Shown: positions 1 to 13,341, counted from the first letter of the stretch. The stretch: DNA of 64,000 bases from Octopus vulgaris (GCA_951406725.2 OX597815.1:190154001-190218000); one strand, 5' to 3'. Translations and numbers: made by a program. The notes: a model not told the origin generated them from the letters alone.

Positions 1-215
1 GAAAAAACACAAACACACATACATATACATACATATATATGTATATATGTACTACAGAGTTCTTTCAGTTTCCATCTACCAAATCCACTCACAAAGCTTT
101 ACTCCACGTGAGATTATAGTAGAAGACACTTGCCCAAAGTGCCATGCAGTGGGACTGAACCTGGAACCATGTGGTCGGCGAGCAAGCTACTTACCACACA
201 GCCACTCCTGTGCAT
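1..215 (-). mobile_element. SINE family A, partial (5' half)
   Basis: Reverse complement of GGAGTGGCTGTGTGGTAAGTAGCTTGCT...GGTTCAGTCCCACTGC..GGCAC..TTGGGCAAGTGTCTTCTACTATA; matches the other family A copies in the window. Confidence 0.85.
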
Positions 216-245
216 ATAAGATAGAACTCAGAATATGAACATATT

Positions 246-660
246 TCTCTTTTATCTCTTTTACTTGTTTCAGTCATTTGACTGCGGCCATGCTGGAGCA
301 CCGCCTTTAATCAAGCAACTCGACCCCAGGACTTATTCTTTTGTAAGCCCAGTACTTATTTTATCGGTCTCTTTTGCCAAACCGCTAAGTGACAGGGACG
401 TAAACACACCAGCATCGGTTGTCAAGCAATGCTAGGGGGACAAACACAGACACACAAACACGCACACACAAATATATATATATATATACATATATACGAC
501 AGGCTTCTTTCAGTTTCCGCCTACCAAATCCACTCACAAGGCATTGGTCGGCCCGGGGCTATAGCAGAAGACACTTGCCCAAGATGCTACGCAGTGGGAC
601 TGAACCCAGAACCATGTGGTTGGTTACCAAGCTACTTACCACACAGCCACTCCTGCGCCT
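246..660 (-). mobile_element. SINE family A, full length (tRNA-like head, CORE-like segment, internal TA/CA tract, (TAAAAGAG)n tail)
   Basis: A-box-like TGGCTGTGTGG, B-box-like GGTTCAGTCC, CTTGGGCAAGTG segment resembling the MIR/CORE start, and 3' CAGCATGGCCGCAGTCAAATGACTGAAAC; about 20 copies in the window. Confidence 0.9.
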
Positions 661-690
661 ACATATGTATATTTTTATTAATATTTAGCA

Positions 691-723
<33 letters not shown>

Positions 724-735
724 TATATATATATA

Positions 736-990
736 TAGGGTGTTCCAAAAGTCTTTCCGCAGTGAATTTTTTCATCCTGACTCTCCAAGATGTATTTCAA
801 AGCATGTGCAGAAGAGTCAACTTCTGTATTGAAAATGAAAGACGACACTTTCAACACCTCTTATATTATAAAGTTTTATTTTAAAGTCTTGTAAAGCCTA
901 ATACATTCTTTTGTAATCTTATACAATCTTATAAAAATATTCTATTTTGCAATAAAATACTTACTGTGGAGAGACTTTTTGAACACCCTG
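736..990 (+). mobile_element. Tc1/mariner internally deleted element
   Basis: TIRs AGGGTGTTCCAAAAGTCTTTCCGCAGT / ACTGTGGAGAGACTTTTTGAACACCCTG with TA flanks; residual transposase C-terminus LQDVFQSMCRRVNFCIENERRHFQHLL*. Confidence 0.8.
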
Positions 991-1258
991 TATAAATCTA
1001 ATACATAATGTCAGAGAAATAGCCTACGGGAAGGAGCAGGCAGGTAAAAACTCATTCTAATATACGAAGTTTCAGATGTTATTCAATTGATACGCTTCCT
1101 TCTTCTGTATTACTAAACTATTTGCAAAATTTCAATATTCATTTCCAGACCAATATTCCTGAGAGAAATTCATATAAATATTGCTTTTTCATGAACAACT
1201 TCAAATTTTGTGATTGATTTTGATGAGAAACTGAAGGTGATATCAATTGTGCATATAC

Positions 1259-1293
<35 letters not shown>

Positions 1294-1639
1294 GTGTTTG
1301 TATATGTATGAATATATATATAAATATATATGCATATATGTATATATTATATATATATTATATTTGTACATACATACAAATATATATATACATAAATATA
1401 CAAATATATATGTATGCATGTATATATATATAAATATATATGTGCATGTATGTGTATATATATATTATATATGTATATACATATAAATATATATATATGT
1501 GTATATATATATTGTATATGTATATACATATAAATATATATATATGTGTGTATATATATATATATACATATATACATACAAATATATGTATATATATCTA
1601 TATCTACATCTATCTATCTATCTATCTCTCGATATATAT

Positions 1640-1676
<37 letters not shown>

Positions 1677-1729
1677 GTATATATGCATACAGCTATATTT
1701 CTTTTATACTGTCACATAATGATTATACA

Positions 1730-2075
1730 ATGTGTTTCTGTTCTTCCCTTGATTGCATCCTTCACTTCCATTTCACTTCCATGTTGTTTTGATTATGTCA
1801 TCGAACCCTATTCATGGAAATCCGCCCCCATATTGTCTTTTCCAGTCTCTCACATACTTCTCGACAACTGCACGAGTCCACCTTGTTGTCTGTGAACCTC
1901 GACATATGTCTGGCCCAGTGAATCTTGTGCCTTCAGTATTCCGCAATCACATCATTCATTCATTCTGCTCCGTTCTAGAATTATTTCTTCATTTTTGGAT
2001 AATGTTCTTGCAAGGATATTCCCAGTATGGACCTTTCCTTAGTGTATTGAGACCAAGTGGTGTTCGAGAAAATCT
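1730..2075 (-). pseudogene. RTE-clade LINE, decayed C-terminal ORF fragment
   Basis: Frameshifted translation ERSILGISLQEH...[22 protein letters not shown] resembles the RTE motif W-A-G-H-x-x-R. Confidence 0.7.
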
Positions 2076-2303
2076 GACTGTCTGATCGATGAAGAGATAT
2101 ATCATTATTAAGACACCAATCATTATTATTGTCAGCAACATCAGCAGCAGCAGCAGCAGCAGCACCATCATCATCATCACCATCGTCATCATCGTCGTCA
2201 TTGTTGTCATCATCGTCATCATCGTCATCATCAGTTAACTTTAATTTTCCATGCTGGCATGAGTTGGATGGTTTCAAAGGATCCAGTAAGCTTAAGGGCA
2301 GCA

Positions 2304-2500
<197 letters not shown>

Positions 2501-3057
2501 AATGCCCTGATACATTACCAGGCAGTGGCTTTCATGGCTTCTGATCTTAACTGATTGGAAATGTTATCATGTACATTGTTTTGTCTTGGTATAAAAGATG
2601 GGCTACAGCAAATATTCTGCCCAATACCACAGATTTACTTGTCAGTTGTTTGACCTTAACCAGTTGAGCATGACCCTTAGTGGCTAACGATGTGTGCATC
2701 TCTGATCAGGAGCAGAAGTAGTGGTGGAGCATCATAGCCATGTTTTGAGAGGAATTATTAGGGGTTTGGATAATTCACCTTTAGAAACATGGATGTTTTG
2801 TTCAACATCCTTAAATAACCCTTATTCAGGGACCTTTTGAGCGGGATGGGTTGCTTGACCAGAATAAAATTCTAACTGGGCCCCACCTGCAAGGTCATGT
2901 GCTGTTTATCTTGATATGAGATCACCATATCGAGCACATATGGTTGTGATGCATGTGCCTTGTGTAACCTTATCAGACGGGTTGTCATGATGGGTATACT
3001 AGGCTTCATATATTTCACCCGAGTGTCACTTTGATGGCATGCAATGCTCTCTCACTC
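2501..3057 (+). mobile_element. ~560-bp insertion inside an (AAT)n tract, probable non-LTR 3' region
   Basis: Complex sequence bounded on both sides by (AAT)n, with no ORF; class is inferred from its neighbours. Confidence 0.45.
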
Positions 3058-3104
<47 letters not shown>

Positions 3105-3141
3105 TAATTATAATAACAACAACAACAACAACAACAACAAC

Positions 3142-3207
<66 letters not shown>

Positions 3208-3209
<2 letters not shown>

Positions 3210-3321
3210 GGAACATCTAGGAGGGTTCAGGCTACTACAAGTAACCTTAGGGTTACTTGTAATAGACTGATGCTAGAATTTTTTCTTTTTGAACAGTCGA
3301 ATCTGTTGGGTGTATATGAAA
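3208..3321 (+). mobile_element. Short 3' end of a Dong/R4-like LINE in (AAT)n
   Basis: Bounded by (AAT)n; contains the hairpin ACAAGTAACC-TTAG-GGTTACTTGT. Confidence 0.45.
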
Positions 3322-3342
3322 ATAATAATAATAATAATAATA

Positions 3343-3379
<37 letters not shown>

Positions 3380-3384
<5 letters not shown>

Positions 3385-3595
3385 GTTTCAAATTTTGCCA
3401 CAAGAGCAGTAATTTCAGGGCAGGGGATGAGTTGATTACATCAACCCCAGAGTAGATCTGGTACTTATTTTATCAACCCCAAAATGATGAAAGACTAAGT
3501 CAACCTCGGCAGAATTTGAACTCAGAATGTACCAACAGGTGAAAAACTACTAAGCATTTCGCCTGGCGTACTAACAATTCTACCAGCACACCACT

Positions 3596-3597
<2 letters not shown>
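3380..3597 (-). mobile_element. SINE family B
   Basis: Reverse complement of the family B sequence CTGAGTTCAAATTC.GCCGAGG..GAC...GCCTTTCATCCTTTCGGGGTCGATAAA.TAAGTACCAG (diverged copy). Confidence 0.8.
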
Positions 3598-3637
<40 letters not shown>

Positions 3638-3659
3638 TGGAATAATAATAATAATAATA

Positions 3660-4032
3660 ATGTGGAACCTGAAAATTAAAACAATACCTGTTGTCATAGG
3701 TGCCCTGGGAATGATAGTGAAAGGGGCTGATTGCTACTTAACTCAGATACCAGGAAACCCAAAAATGGCAAAAATTCAAAAGATAGTGCTCATGGGAACT
3801 GCTCATATCCTACGCAAAATACTTTCTCTGTAATCTCAGGGTTTAAAACAAACATAATTTTCGTTTTTTTGGGGGCTTTTTTTGACATTCACTAGTACAA
3901 CAGCAAAAAAAAACCCAAATATATGGCACACTAGGCATAACAACAACATGAACTTCCAACCTGTTGTCTCTTGAGGTCTCTGGGTGAGACTTGGAGCCAA
4001 CTTGTACAAATATAAAGCAAAAGTCAAACACA

Positions 4033-4033
<1 letters not shown>
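3660..4033 (+). mobile_element. Dong/R4-clade (RLE) non-LTR retrotransposon, 5'-truncated
   Basis: 3660-3833 reads MWNLKIKTIPVVIGALGMIVKGADCYLTQIPGNPKMAKIQKIVLMGTAHILRKILSL*, the typical Dong/R4 C-terminus; followed by a 3' UTR and inserted in (TAA)n, the known Dong target. Confidence 0.85.
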
Positions 4034-4120
<87 letters not shown>

Positions 4121-4979
4121 AAGAAGAAGAAGAAGAACAACAACAACAACAACAACAACAACAATAACAACAACAATAATCCTCTCCACCACAGGCGCAA
4201 GGCCCAAAACTTTGGGCAAGGGGCCATTAAAACACATAACCGGTACTTATTTCTTGATCTTGGAAAGGATGAAATGCAAAAGGAGGAGAAAGCGATGGTT
4301 CTGTGGCAGGAGTTGAGAGGTTTAAGTGTGAAAGACAGACAAGCTCAGGTATCTTGCAACGGATGCGATAGAAAGGCTACCATGCACATTATATAACGGC
4401 TGGTGAGATAGCTGGATATAAGATGGAGGTGGGATGCTGGAGCACTCAAGATGCAAGAAAGCGAAATACATATGAAAATCTAATTAGAATTAATGCAGGT
4501 GAAATTTGTTATCGTTCTATATTTGTTCTTGTTTTTGCTAAGTTCTGTATATGTGAATTCTTAAACCAACACAATTGTCATTAGGTTCTCAGCTGTTAAT
4601 TAACACTTAGAATAATAGATTGGCGGTTTTCTGTGAAGATACACGTGTGTATGTTAACAAGCCGAAATAATTCAAATAGCAGTGTTAGTTAAATTTGACT
4701 AAGATTGATGACCCGAAGGCCATATATATATATAAACTGTAATCTTTCTAGTTAATTTCAGATATATTTCATAGATTTTCAAATCTTTGAAGTACAAAAT
4801 ATCAACTTCTTAATTCACTGAGTTATGTTTCAAAGTCTTTAATAATAACAGAAATATTTCCGAGGAACCCAATAATAATTTTCGAGTCTAATCAAGACAG
4901 AAATCATTCAGCCAAAATAATAGGAATTTTCAAATTTTCAAATATGTCTGATTGATGTTCAAGCATGCAAAATTAAATC

Positions 4980-5010
4980 ATTGTCAACATCACCATCATC
5001 ATCGTCATTG

Positions 5011-5047
<37 letters not shown>

Positions 5048-5050
5048 AAA

Positions 5051-5104
<54 letters not shown>

Positions 5105-5395
5105 AAACATCATCATTATCATCACCATCGTTATCATCATCATCATTATTATTATCGCCATCGTAAACATTATTGCTATCATCATCATAATCATCGTTGT
5201 CATCATCATCATTATCATCACCATCATAATTATCATTGTCGTCATCATCATCATCATCATCATCATCATTATAACCATCATTGCCATCATCACCATCATC
5301 ATCATAATCATCGTGGTCATCATTATCATCACCATCATCATCGTCCTCATTGACATCACCATCATCACCGCTGCCATCATGATCACCATTATCAT
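4980..5395 (+). repeat. Degenerate (CAT)n microsatellite
   Basis: Direct reading; source of the poly-His/poly-Met ORFs. Confidence 0.95.
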
Positions 5396-5469
5396 CGTTT
5401 TAACCCTTTTGTTACCATATTTCTGTTACTCTGTGTTTCTTTCAATTAATTTTAAATATAGCAAAGAGT

Positions 5470-5880
5470 GTAAGCACCCTGAGAGAAATGTTGGGCATAC
5501 GAAGCATCAGATGCAGTGTGCAGGAGAGATGTTTGCGTTGGTATGGTCATGTACTATGGATGGATGAGGAGAGATGTGTGAAGAAGTGCCCCTCCCAAAC
5601 AGTTGAAAGAATGCGGGGTAGATGTAGACCCAGGAAGACATGAGACAGGCATGACCTTCATATGTTGAGCCTTACAGAAGCTATGACGAAAGACCGAGAC
5701 CTCTGGAGATATGCTGTGGCTTCGAAGACCCGACAAATGAAGTGAGTTCATGGCTCGCAGGAAGGCTTGCTGTGCTAACCTTGGATCATAGAGTGACCCG
5801 CTGTTCTTGAGGAGACCTATTGAGTCAAGTACGTTAACACCAACATCAAAATGAAAATCAAATGGAAATTGTAGTTAAGA
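5470..5880 (+). pseudogene. RTE-clade LINE C-terminus plus start of 3' UTR
   Basis: LRWYGHVLWMDEERCVKKC...RPRKT...DLHMLSLTEAMTKDRDLWRYAVASKTRQMK*, running into the family C sequence. Confidence 0.8.
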
Positions 5881-6561
5881 TACCTTTCATCCTTTCGGGG
5901 TCGATAAATTAAGTACTAGTTATGCACTGGGGTCAATATAATCAATTTAATCCGTTTGTCCTCTCTGTGCTTAGCCCCTTGTGGGTAGTAAAAAAATAGC
6001 TATTTTGAAGGGTGAACAGTCATTTGTCATGTATATTGGCTATCTGACTTTTTTTTCTTCCACATCACAATATCTTAATTATATTGAAAGTCAGCCTTAG
6101 AATTACTGGAGCTTCAGGCAAGCTAAACTTCAGCATTTTCATAACAGGAAAAGCAGTTATATCTGTCTGTCAATAGACTATATTGAAAGAGAATTGTGTA
6201 TACAGCAAGAAAATTAATTTTATTGGGAAATATCCACAGGTTTATTTACTTCAGCATATACTTACTTATATACATGTATTCAGTATGTATATACATACAT
6301 CCACTCAGTATGTATTCATATTCAGTATGAATATGCATACATCCATGCACCATCCATACATGTATATATAAAAATAAATATACATACACATATATATTCA
6401 TATACATATGTACATATGTATGTGTGTTTGTGTTTGTGTGTGTGCATGTGTTTTATATATATATATGAGATATAGCTATATAGATATATACATACAAATA
6501 TGTATATATATATATATATATCATCATCATATTTATAATGTATGAGTGTGTTTGTGTATAC

Positions 6562-6605
<44 letters not shown>

Positions 6606-7464
6606 ATGTGTATGTATATATATATATATATACACACAGATATACATATACATATAGATATACATACACATATATACATATATATACGTATATTTATATA
6701 CATATATATACATATATATATACATATATATACATATACATATACATATATATATGTATATATATATGTGTGTGTGTGTGTGTATATATGTATGTATGTA
6801 TCTATATATATATATCTTTATCTATATATAAACATACATATATCTATATTTTATGCGTATAAATATTTTACATTCATATTGTTATCAATGTATACAGAAG
6901 CTTCAATAAGCATGACAGTGCTACCTTTAATGAGTGACAACCTGGGCAATTATTCAAGTTACTAATGCTTCTAGTTGGCACAAGTTGATTCAAAACAGTC
7001 GATAAACACCTTTCAAAGTTTCTATGCGTTCTTTAGTTCTTCATCCTATTAATAAAGCTTGTTTATTCCAAAATGCTTCAAATATTCTGACAGTCAAATG
7101 ACATAAATGAACGAGAATATTTATAATTATTATAATAGAATTCCTCAAATTTACAGATTTGAGTTTGATGACTCTGATGGTTTGGGGAATCAGGGAGACG
7201 TGTCCAAATGAAAGTTTGGTTGTTTGTATATCGTTCATGAGATTTTAGCTATGTAGCGAGTAAAAGACATTGAACTCACACTGTTGCGATTCACTCAAAC
7301 ACAGTGGTTCTTGGCTAGGGTCCGTATGACCCTTAAAGGTCTCCCCAAGACTTTGTTGTTAAAATTTATGTTCTATAAATTGATTATACAATGTAATACA
7401 CAAAATACTTTTAAAATCTTTTTATTTATTTTTTAATGATATTTAATTATAAAAATATAATCCA

Positions 7465-7552
7465 TGGGTATATGGCATAGTGGTTAAGAGCGCGGGATAC
7501 TAACCCGAAGATTCCGAGTTCGATTCCAAGCAGTAGCCTGAATAATAATAAT
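7465..7552 (+). mobile_element. tRNA-derived SINE head (family E)
   Basis: TGGCATAGTGG A box and GTTCGATTC B box followed by (AAT)n; same head at 18855-18900 and twice at 48032-48185. Confidence 0.7.
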
Positions 7553-7556
7553 ATTA

Positions 7557-7970
7557 GGCATAGGAGTGGCTGTGTGGTAAGTAGCTTGCTTACCAACCAC
7601 ATGGTCTCGGGTTCAGTCCCACTGCGTGGCACCTTGGGAAACTGTCTTCTACTATAGCTTTGGGATAAACAAAGCCTTGTGAGTGGATTTGATAGATGGA
7701 AACTGAAAGAAGCCCATCGTATATATATATATATATATATATATGCATGTGTGTGTGTGTATATGTTTGTGTGTCTGTTTGTCCCCATCAACATCCCTTG
7801 ACAACTGATGTTCGTGTGTTTACGTCTCCACAACTTAGCATTTCTGCAAAAGAGACTGATAGAATAAGTACTAGGCTTACAAAGAATAAGTCCTGGGGTC
7901 GATTTGCTTGACTAAAGGCAGTGCTCCAGCATGGCCACAGTCAAATGAAACAAGTAAAAGAGTAAAAGAG
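7557..7970 (+). mobile_element. SINE family A
   Basis: Full head-to-tail match to the family. Confidence 0.9.
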
Positions 7971-8189
7971 CAATTTTTGATCGGTGAATGGATGTGAGGG
8001 TCCTGTTGAGTAATTAAGAATCAAAGAAGTTTGTAAATAAGAAAATGGTTAGAGACACTGCTCTGGCAGTAAGTCATCATTCTTCACAACTTCCAACTCT
8101 TGGAATGCAAATGGTTCTTCCACGTTTATAAACTTCCTTTCTTTTAGACTTATGAGCGGGTGGTCGCCCACAGCTGAGTTGATGCTGAG

Positions 8190-8765
8190 ACCCCTTTCAT
8201 TCATGACTGACCCTGGGATTGCAACTAGAAAGTTACCCTCCCATGCACAAGTCCAGGCAAGGTTGTTTTATGGAAGAGCAGCGAGCTGGCAGAATCGTTA
8301 GCATGCCAGGCGAAATGCTTAGTGGTATTTCGTCTGCCGCTACGCTCTGAGTTCAAATTCTGCCGAGGTCAACTTTGCCTTTCATCCTTTTGGGGTCGAT
8401 TAAATAAGTACCAGTTACAAACTGGGGTCGATATAATCGACTTAATCTGTTTGTCCTTGTTTGTCCCCTCTGTGTGTAGCTCCTTGTAGGCAGTAAAGAA
8501 ATGGGTTCTTTTATGGAAGACCAGCAGTTGCCCATGCATACCGGCCTTCCTTCTCCATGCAACTAGTGTTATCCAAGGGAAAGGCAAAGGGGCCGATACA
8601 GCTTGGCACCAGTGACATCGCAACTCATTTCTACAGCTGATTGAACTGGAGCAACGTGAAATAAAGTGTCTTGCTCAAGAACACAACATGCAGCCCGGTC
8701 TGGGAATCGAACTCACAACCTCACGATCATAAGCTTGACGCTCTAACCACTGAACCATGCGCCTG
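8190..8765 (-). mobile_element. tRNA-derived SINE family D (body Y, RTE-like tail), interrupted by a family B copy
   Basis: Head at the right end (rc TGGTTCAGTGGTTAGAGCG...GTTCGATTCCC), body CTTGAGCAAGACACTTTATTTCACGTTGCTCCAG. Confidence 0.75.
8278..8502 (+). mobile_element. SINE family B with target-site duplication
   Basis: Flanked by GGTTGTTTTATGGAAGA (8261-8277) and GGTTCTTTTATGGAAGA (8504-8520). Confidence 0.9.
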
Positions 8766-9489
8766 CAGCAGAATATAGCTAATTGTGTATGTGAGAGAGA
8801 GCGGGAGAAAGAAGAGGGGAGAGAAAAAGAGAGAGAAAGAAAGAAAGAAAGAAAGAAAGAGAAAAGAAAGACAGTGGGTGTATAAAATCATATATATCAT
8901 CATCATCTCAATATCATCATTATAATCATCGTTTTATTGTCCACTTTCGCATGCTTGATTTTGTGTGTGTGTGTGTATGTGTGTATTTGTGTCTCCTTAT
9001 CTTGTGAGTAATAAAGGACGCTAATAAATGTACAACATAGACTTACCTGTAGTGTCAGTCATTCCCAATCTTCCATGAAAAATACTGCAGCCATGCAGAA
9101 ATATTTCTTTGCTTGGAAACAGGTGTCTGTTGACAAAAGGCAGAGCTTCTGACTGTTGAAAATCTTCTTCAACAAATTCCGTCTGATTCATGCAAGCATC
9201 TAAAAGTTGACATTAAAACAATGACTACGATGACATATGGAAGTCCAACAGCTCCATAATTTGAATGTCTATTTGATAAACTTCCTCCAAACACTTAGTA
9301 TCCATCTACCATTGAAAATGCAATTAGTATACTAAGACAAGATACACCAATTAAAATTATGGAGAGGGATAGCATCAACGATTATGGAAAGATAAAATTT
9401 TTGAAGTTTTCTCCATTATTCAATTAGTTAGATGACTCATTTTCACAATTATTTGCAGCTTTTCTCATCAAATTACATGAGGATGATGA

Positions 9490-9925
9490 TGATGATGATA
9501 ATCATCATCATCATCATCATCATCGTTTAATGTCCACTTTCCATGCTGGCATGGGTTGGACGATTTGTCTGAGGACTGGCGAACCAGATGGCTGCACCAG
9601 ACTCCAATCTGATCTGGTAGAGTTTCTACAGCTGGATGCCCTTCCTAACGCCAACCACTCCAAGAGTGTAGTGGGTGCTTTTACATGCCACCGGGACGAG
9701 GGCCAGTCAGGCAGTACTGGCAATGGCCACACTCAAATGGTGCTTTTTATGTGCCACCTGCACAGGAGCTAGTCCAGTGACACTGGCAACAACCTCGCTT
9801 CGAATGTTTTTCACATGCCACCAGCACAGAGGCCAGCTTGTTGCTCTGGCAACGATCTCACTCATATGGTACTTTCAGAGCTCCACTAGCACGGGTGCCA
9901 GTCATCGAATTTGATTTCGATTCAA
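9490..9925 (-). mobile_element. Family C: RTE LINE 3' UTR-derived repeat with (GAT)n tail
   Basis: rc TGGTTGGCGTTAGGAAGGGCATCCAGCTGTAGAAA...CCAACCCATGCCAGCATGGAAAGTGGACATTAAACGATGATG. Confidence 0.85.
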
Positions 9926-10074
9926 TAAAGAAGCCTGTGTGTCAGTGTAGTGGTGAAGCCTTCTTTGGGGCATTGTGACGATGAGGAGACGATGAGAGTT
10001 GAGAGAAAGTATTGATTTTTTTTTTAAAATAAAATATTTGAAACCATGTAACATATTTGCTGTTAGTTTTAGCA

Positions 10075-10275
10075 CTTGTGCCGGTGCCATGTAAACAGCA
10101 CCCAGTGCATACCATAAAGTGGTTGGCATTAGGAAGGGCATCCAGCAGCAGAAACCATGCCAAAATAGACAGTTGGAGCCTGGTGCAGCTCTCCAGCCTC
10201 GCCAGCTCTGGTCAAACCATCCAGTCCATGCTGGCATGGAAGACAGATGTTAAATGAAAAGGATGATGATGATGA
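10075..10275 (+). mobile_element. Family C repeat
   Basis: Same motifs on the + strand. Confidence 0.85.
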
Positions 10276-10315
10276 TCGTTTTTGAATAATATGAATATTT
10301 TTTTTTATTTATGCG

Positions 10316-10613
10316 CCCTTTTCAAGCCTAACCAGGCTCATGGGTCCAGTTTTCCCGGTTTCTATGGCATATGTGTTCCCCCCAGCTGGCCGGGACACCA
10401 GTCCATCACAGCATTACTCAAGAAGAAGGAAGAAGGAGTGAGAGAAAGTTGGGGTGAAAGAGTACGACAGGGGACACTACCACCCCCTGCCGAAGCCTCG
10501 TGGAGCTTTAGCTGTTTTCGCTCAATAAACACACACAGCGCCCGGTCTGGGAATCAAATCTGTGATCCTCCGACCACGAGTCTGCTGCCCTAACCACTGA
10601 GCCATTGAGCCTC
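10316..10613 (-). mobile_element. SINE family D (body X, tail T1)
   Basis: tRNA-like head at the right end; body GAAGGAGTGAGAGAAAGTTG; tail shared with 17428-17677. Confidence 0.8.
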
Positions 10614-11081
10614 CAATATGAATAATATGATATCGTCAAAGGAAGTGAGTTGGCAAAATTATCATTAATTGTACAAAATGCTTGGCATCATTTCATCTGC
10701 CTTGTTCTGATTTCAAATTCCTCTGAGATCAACTTTGCCTTTCATCCTTTCAGAGTCAATCAAATTATTATCAATTGAGCATTAAAGTTGCTGGCCTTGC
10801 GTAAAAATTTAGAGAGAATTATGAGATATTGTTTGAGATGTCTGTTTGTATCTTTGTTCCCCACCCACCACTTGACAATTGGTGTTGGTGTGTTTATATT
10901 CCTGTAACTTAGTGGTTTGACAAAAGAGACCAATAGAATAAGTACCAGACTTTAAAAATAAGTCCTGTAGTTGATTTGTTTGTCTAAAAACTGTTGAAGG
11001 CAGTGCCCCAGCATGGCCACAATCAGTTGACTGAAACAAGTAAAAGATAAACACTCCCCCTCTGAAAATCCATGTTCATTA

Positions 11082-11650
11082 TTCTTTTCTGCTCTAGGCA
11101 CAAGGCCCAAAATTTTGGGGGAGGGAGTCAGTTGATTAGATTGACTCCAGTACGCAACTGGTACTTAATTTATTGACCTTGGAAGGATGAAAGGCAAAAT
11201 TGACTTCAGTGGAACATGAACTCAGAACATAAAGGGAGACGAAATACCGCTAAGCATTTCTTTTCTGCTCTAGGCACAAGGTCCAAAATTTTGGGGGAGG
11301 GGGCCAGTCAATTAGATTGACCCTAGTACGCAACTGGTACTTAATTTATTGACTCCCCCACGAAAGTATGAAAGGTAAAATCGACCTCGGTGGAATATGA
11401 ACTCAGAATGTAAAGACAGACGAAATACCGCTAAGCATTTCTCTTCTAATCTAGGCACAAGGCCTGAAATTTTGGGGGAGGGAAGCCTGTCGATTAGATC
11501 GACCAATACACAACTGGTACTTAATTTATCAACCCTGAAAGGATGAACGGCAAAGTCGACCTCGGTGGAATTTGAACTCAGAACGTAAAGACAGACGAAA
11601 TACCGCTAAGCATTTTGCCCAGTGTGCTAACGTTTCTGCCAGCATGCTGC
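11082..11650 (-). mobile_element. Three head-to-tail SINE family B copies
   Basis: CTAGGCACAAGG recurs at about 11093, 11270 and 11451. Confidence 0.85.
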
Positions 11651-12310
11651 CAAATCCATGTTCATTATTAAATAAACAATATAAGAGACATTGATAAGGT
11701 TAGAATGTAAGGTGAGGTCAGAATTTTGAGCATTATTTTTGTTATATAACCAACAAAACCATGTTATATTGAAATACATACAACAGAGTACAGGCATACG
11801 GATAGAATAAATGAGAGAAAAAAAATAAAGGAAGCAGAAAATATTTGGAAATACAGTAATAATAAAAACAAAATAACAGTTGAGAGAATGAAGACAATTC
11901 TTTCTTTTTTTTCTCTTTTTCCGAAAAAGAGAAAAAAAAAGAAAGAATTTACAAAAACATTGATATTTCCAAATTTATATGCTTCCATATTGGAGACTTA
12001 CTTTCTAGGAAGAACACGATGCAAAAGAAGTAAATCTCAGTATGGTAGAAGGAAAAAAAAAAAAGCAAAGAAAACTAGAGAATCAGAATGTAGAATTTAA
12101 TGTCGTTAAATAGAAAATTTTCACTTGTTTCTTGTTAGTTTCATGTGATGAATTTACTTCAGAGAATCTATGGATAGTTTTCTTTCATATTCATCATGTT
12201 ATCATGTCTCTAACAAACAAAGTAAATTAAATCACTTATTCCGACTTACTCGTTTTCTGCTAAATATTATATCTTATCTTATATTTGAATTTCAGCTGAA
12301 TGGCACCATA

Positions 12311-12324
12311 GTCACCATAGCAAC
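12311..12324. promoter_or_regulatory. Candidate RFX X-box
   Basis: GTCACC-AT-AGCAAC fits GTNRCC-N(0-3)-RGYAAC and lies in non-repetitive sequence; a single motif only. Confidence 0.3.
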
Positions 12325-12760
12325 GATGGAAGCCGTCTGTGCTTTTTTGGGGGAATTTTTTCATTATTTTGTCTTGTTTTTTTTTGTTGTTTTTTTTTAT
12401 TCTTAATGATAAATTACAGAAATCTATTCTTATATTTCAGATAGATATATATCTATGGTTTGATATTAAATTGGGAAATGAATTATTTTGCAAAACAGGA
12501 TGAAAAAAATACAATCAAAATTGTACTAAGTGCATTTCAATATGATATTGAATACTTATACATATACACATATACATGTGTATACACATATATATAGGTA
12601 CATCTATATACATTTAATTTAGATGTATAAACATCTATATACATATAATATATATAATATATATACATATATATATATTATATATACATATAATATATAT
12701 TATATATATACATATATATATATTATATATACATATAATATATTCTATATATATATTATT

Positions 12761-12878
12761 AGCCTGCTCGCTTAGCTAGCGGGGTGGCGTCATTCAAAGG
12801 CTAAAACAATGCGAACGCATTGTGACCAGCGATGTGTAACTACATCTGATGGACTGGTCGGTAACGTGATGGTGATGA
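12761..12878 (+). mobile_element. ~115-bp structured repeat in a TA tract (family F)
   Basis: Same sequence at 13162-13278, 39254-39372 and, reversed, 58205-58316. Confidence 0.8.
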
Positions 12879-12896
12879 TATATATTATATTCTATA

Positions 12897-12928
<32 letters not shown>

Positions 12929-12960
12929 CACACACATACTATATACACACACATATACAG

Positions 12961-13158
12961 GAGAACGACACGCAATTCCGTCCAGTAAAGCGAACGACTG
13001 GAGGCCCCGGGGACGTTGACGGCCTCGATCTACTCTCGAACTCGGAACGGGCGAAACGGGCCGCTCCTCTCCCGATCGGAGGCGGCCGCCGTTATGCGAC
13101 GACGAATGCACGGTGCCAAGTGGGCCACTTTTGGTAAGCAGAACTGGTGATGTGGGAT
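12961..13158 (+). pseudogene. 28S rRNA fragment (GTPase-associated centre region), copy 1
   Basis: TCCAGTAAAGCGAACGACTGGAGG and GTGCCAAGTGGGCCACTTTTGGTAAGCAGAACTGGTGATGTGGGAT match the conserved LSU blocks TCCGGTAAAGCGAATGATTAGAGG and AGTGGGCCACTTTTGGTAAGCAGAACTGGCGCTGCGGGAT. Confidence 0.9.
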
Positions 13159-13297
13159 ATTAGCCTGCTCGCTTAGCTAGCAGGGTGGCGTCATTCAAAG
13201 GCTAAAACAATGCGAACGCATTGTGACCAGCGATGTGTAACTACATCTGATGGACTGGTCGGTAACGTGATGGTGATGATATATATTATATTCTATA

Positions 13298-13341
<44 letters not shown>

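Noticed and set aside
7465-7540. tRNA gene
   Set aside because: A and B boxes are present, but there is no proper acceptor stem or oligo-T terminator; it is the head of a multi-copy SINE
7302-8060. hAT MITE split by SINEs (CAGTGGTTCT...AGAGACACTG)
   Set aside because: The termini are suggestive, but no convincing 8-bp TSD is present
12761-12878. HDV-like or hammerhead ribozyme in the family F repeat
   Set aside because: A possible pseudoknot exists, but I found no P1 partner or L3 consensus for an HDV fold, and CTGATGG has no matching GAAA/stem arrangement
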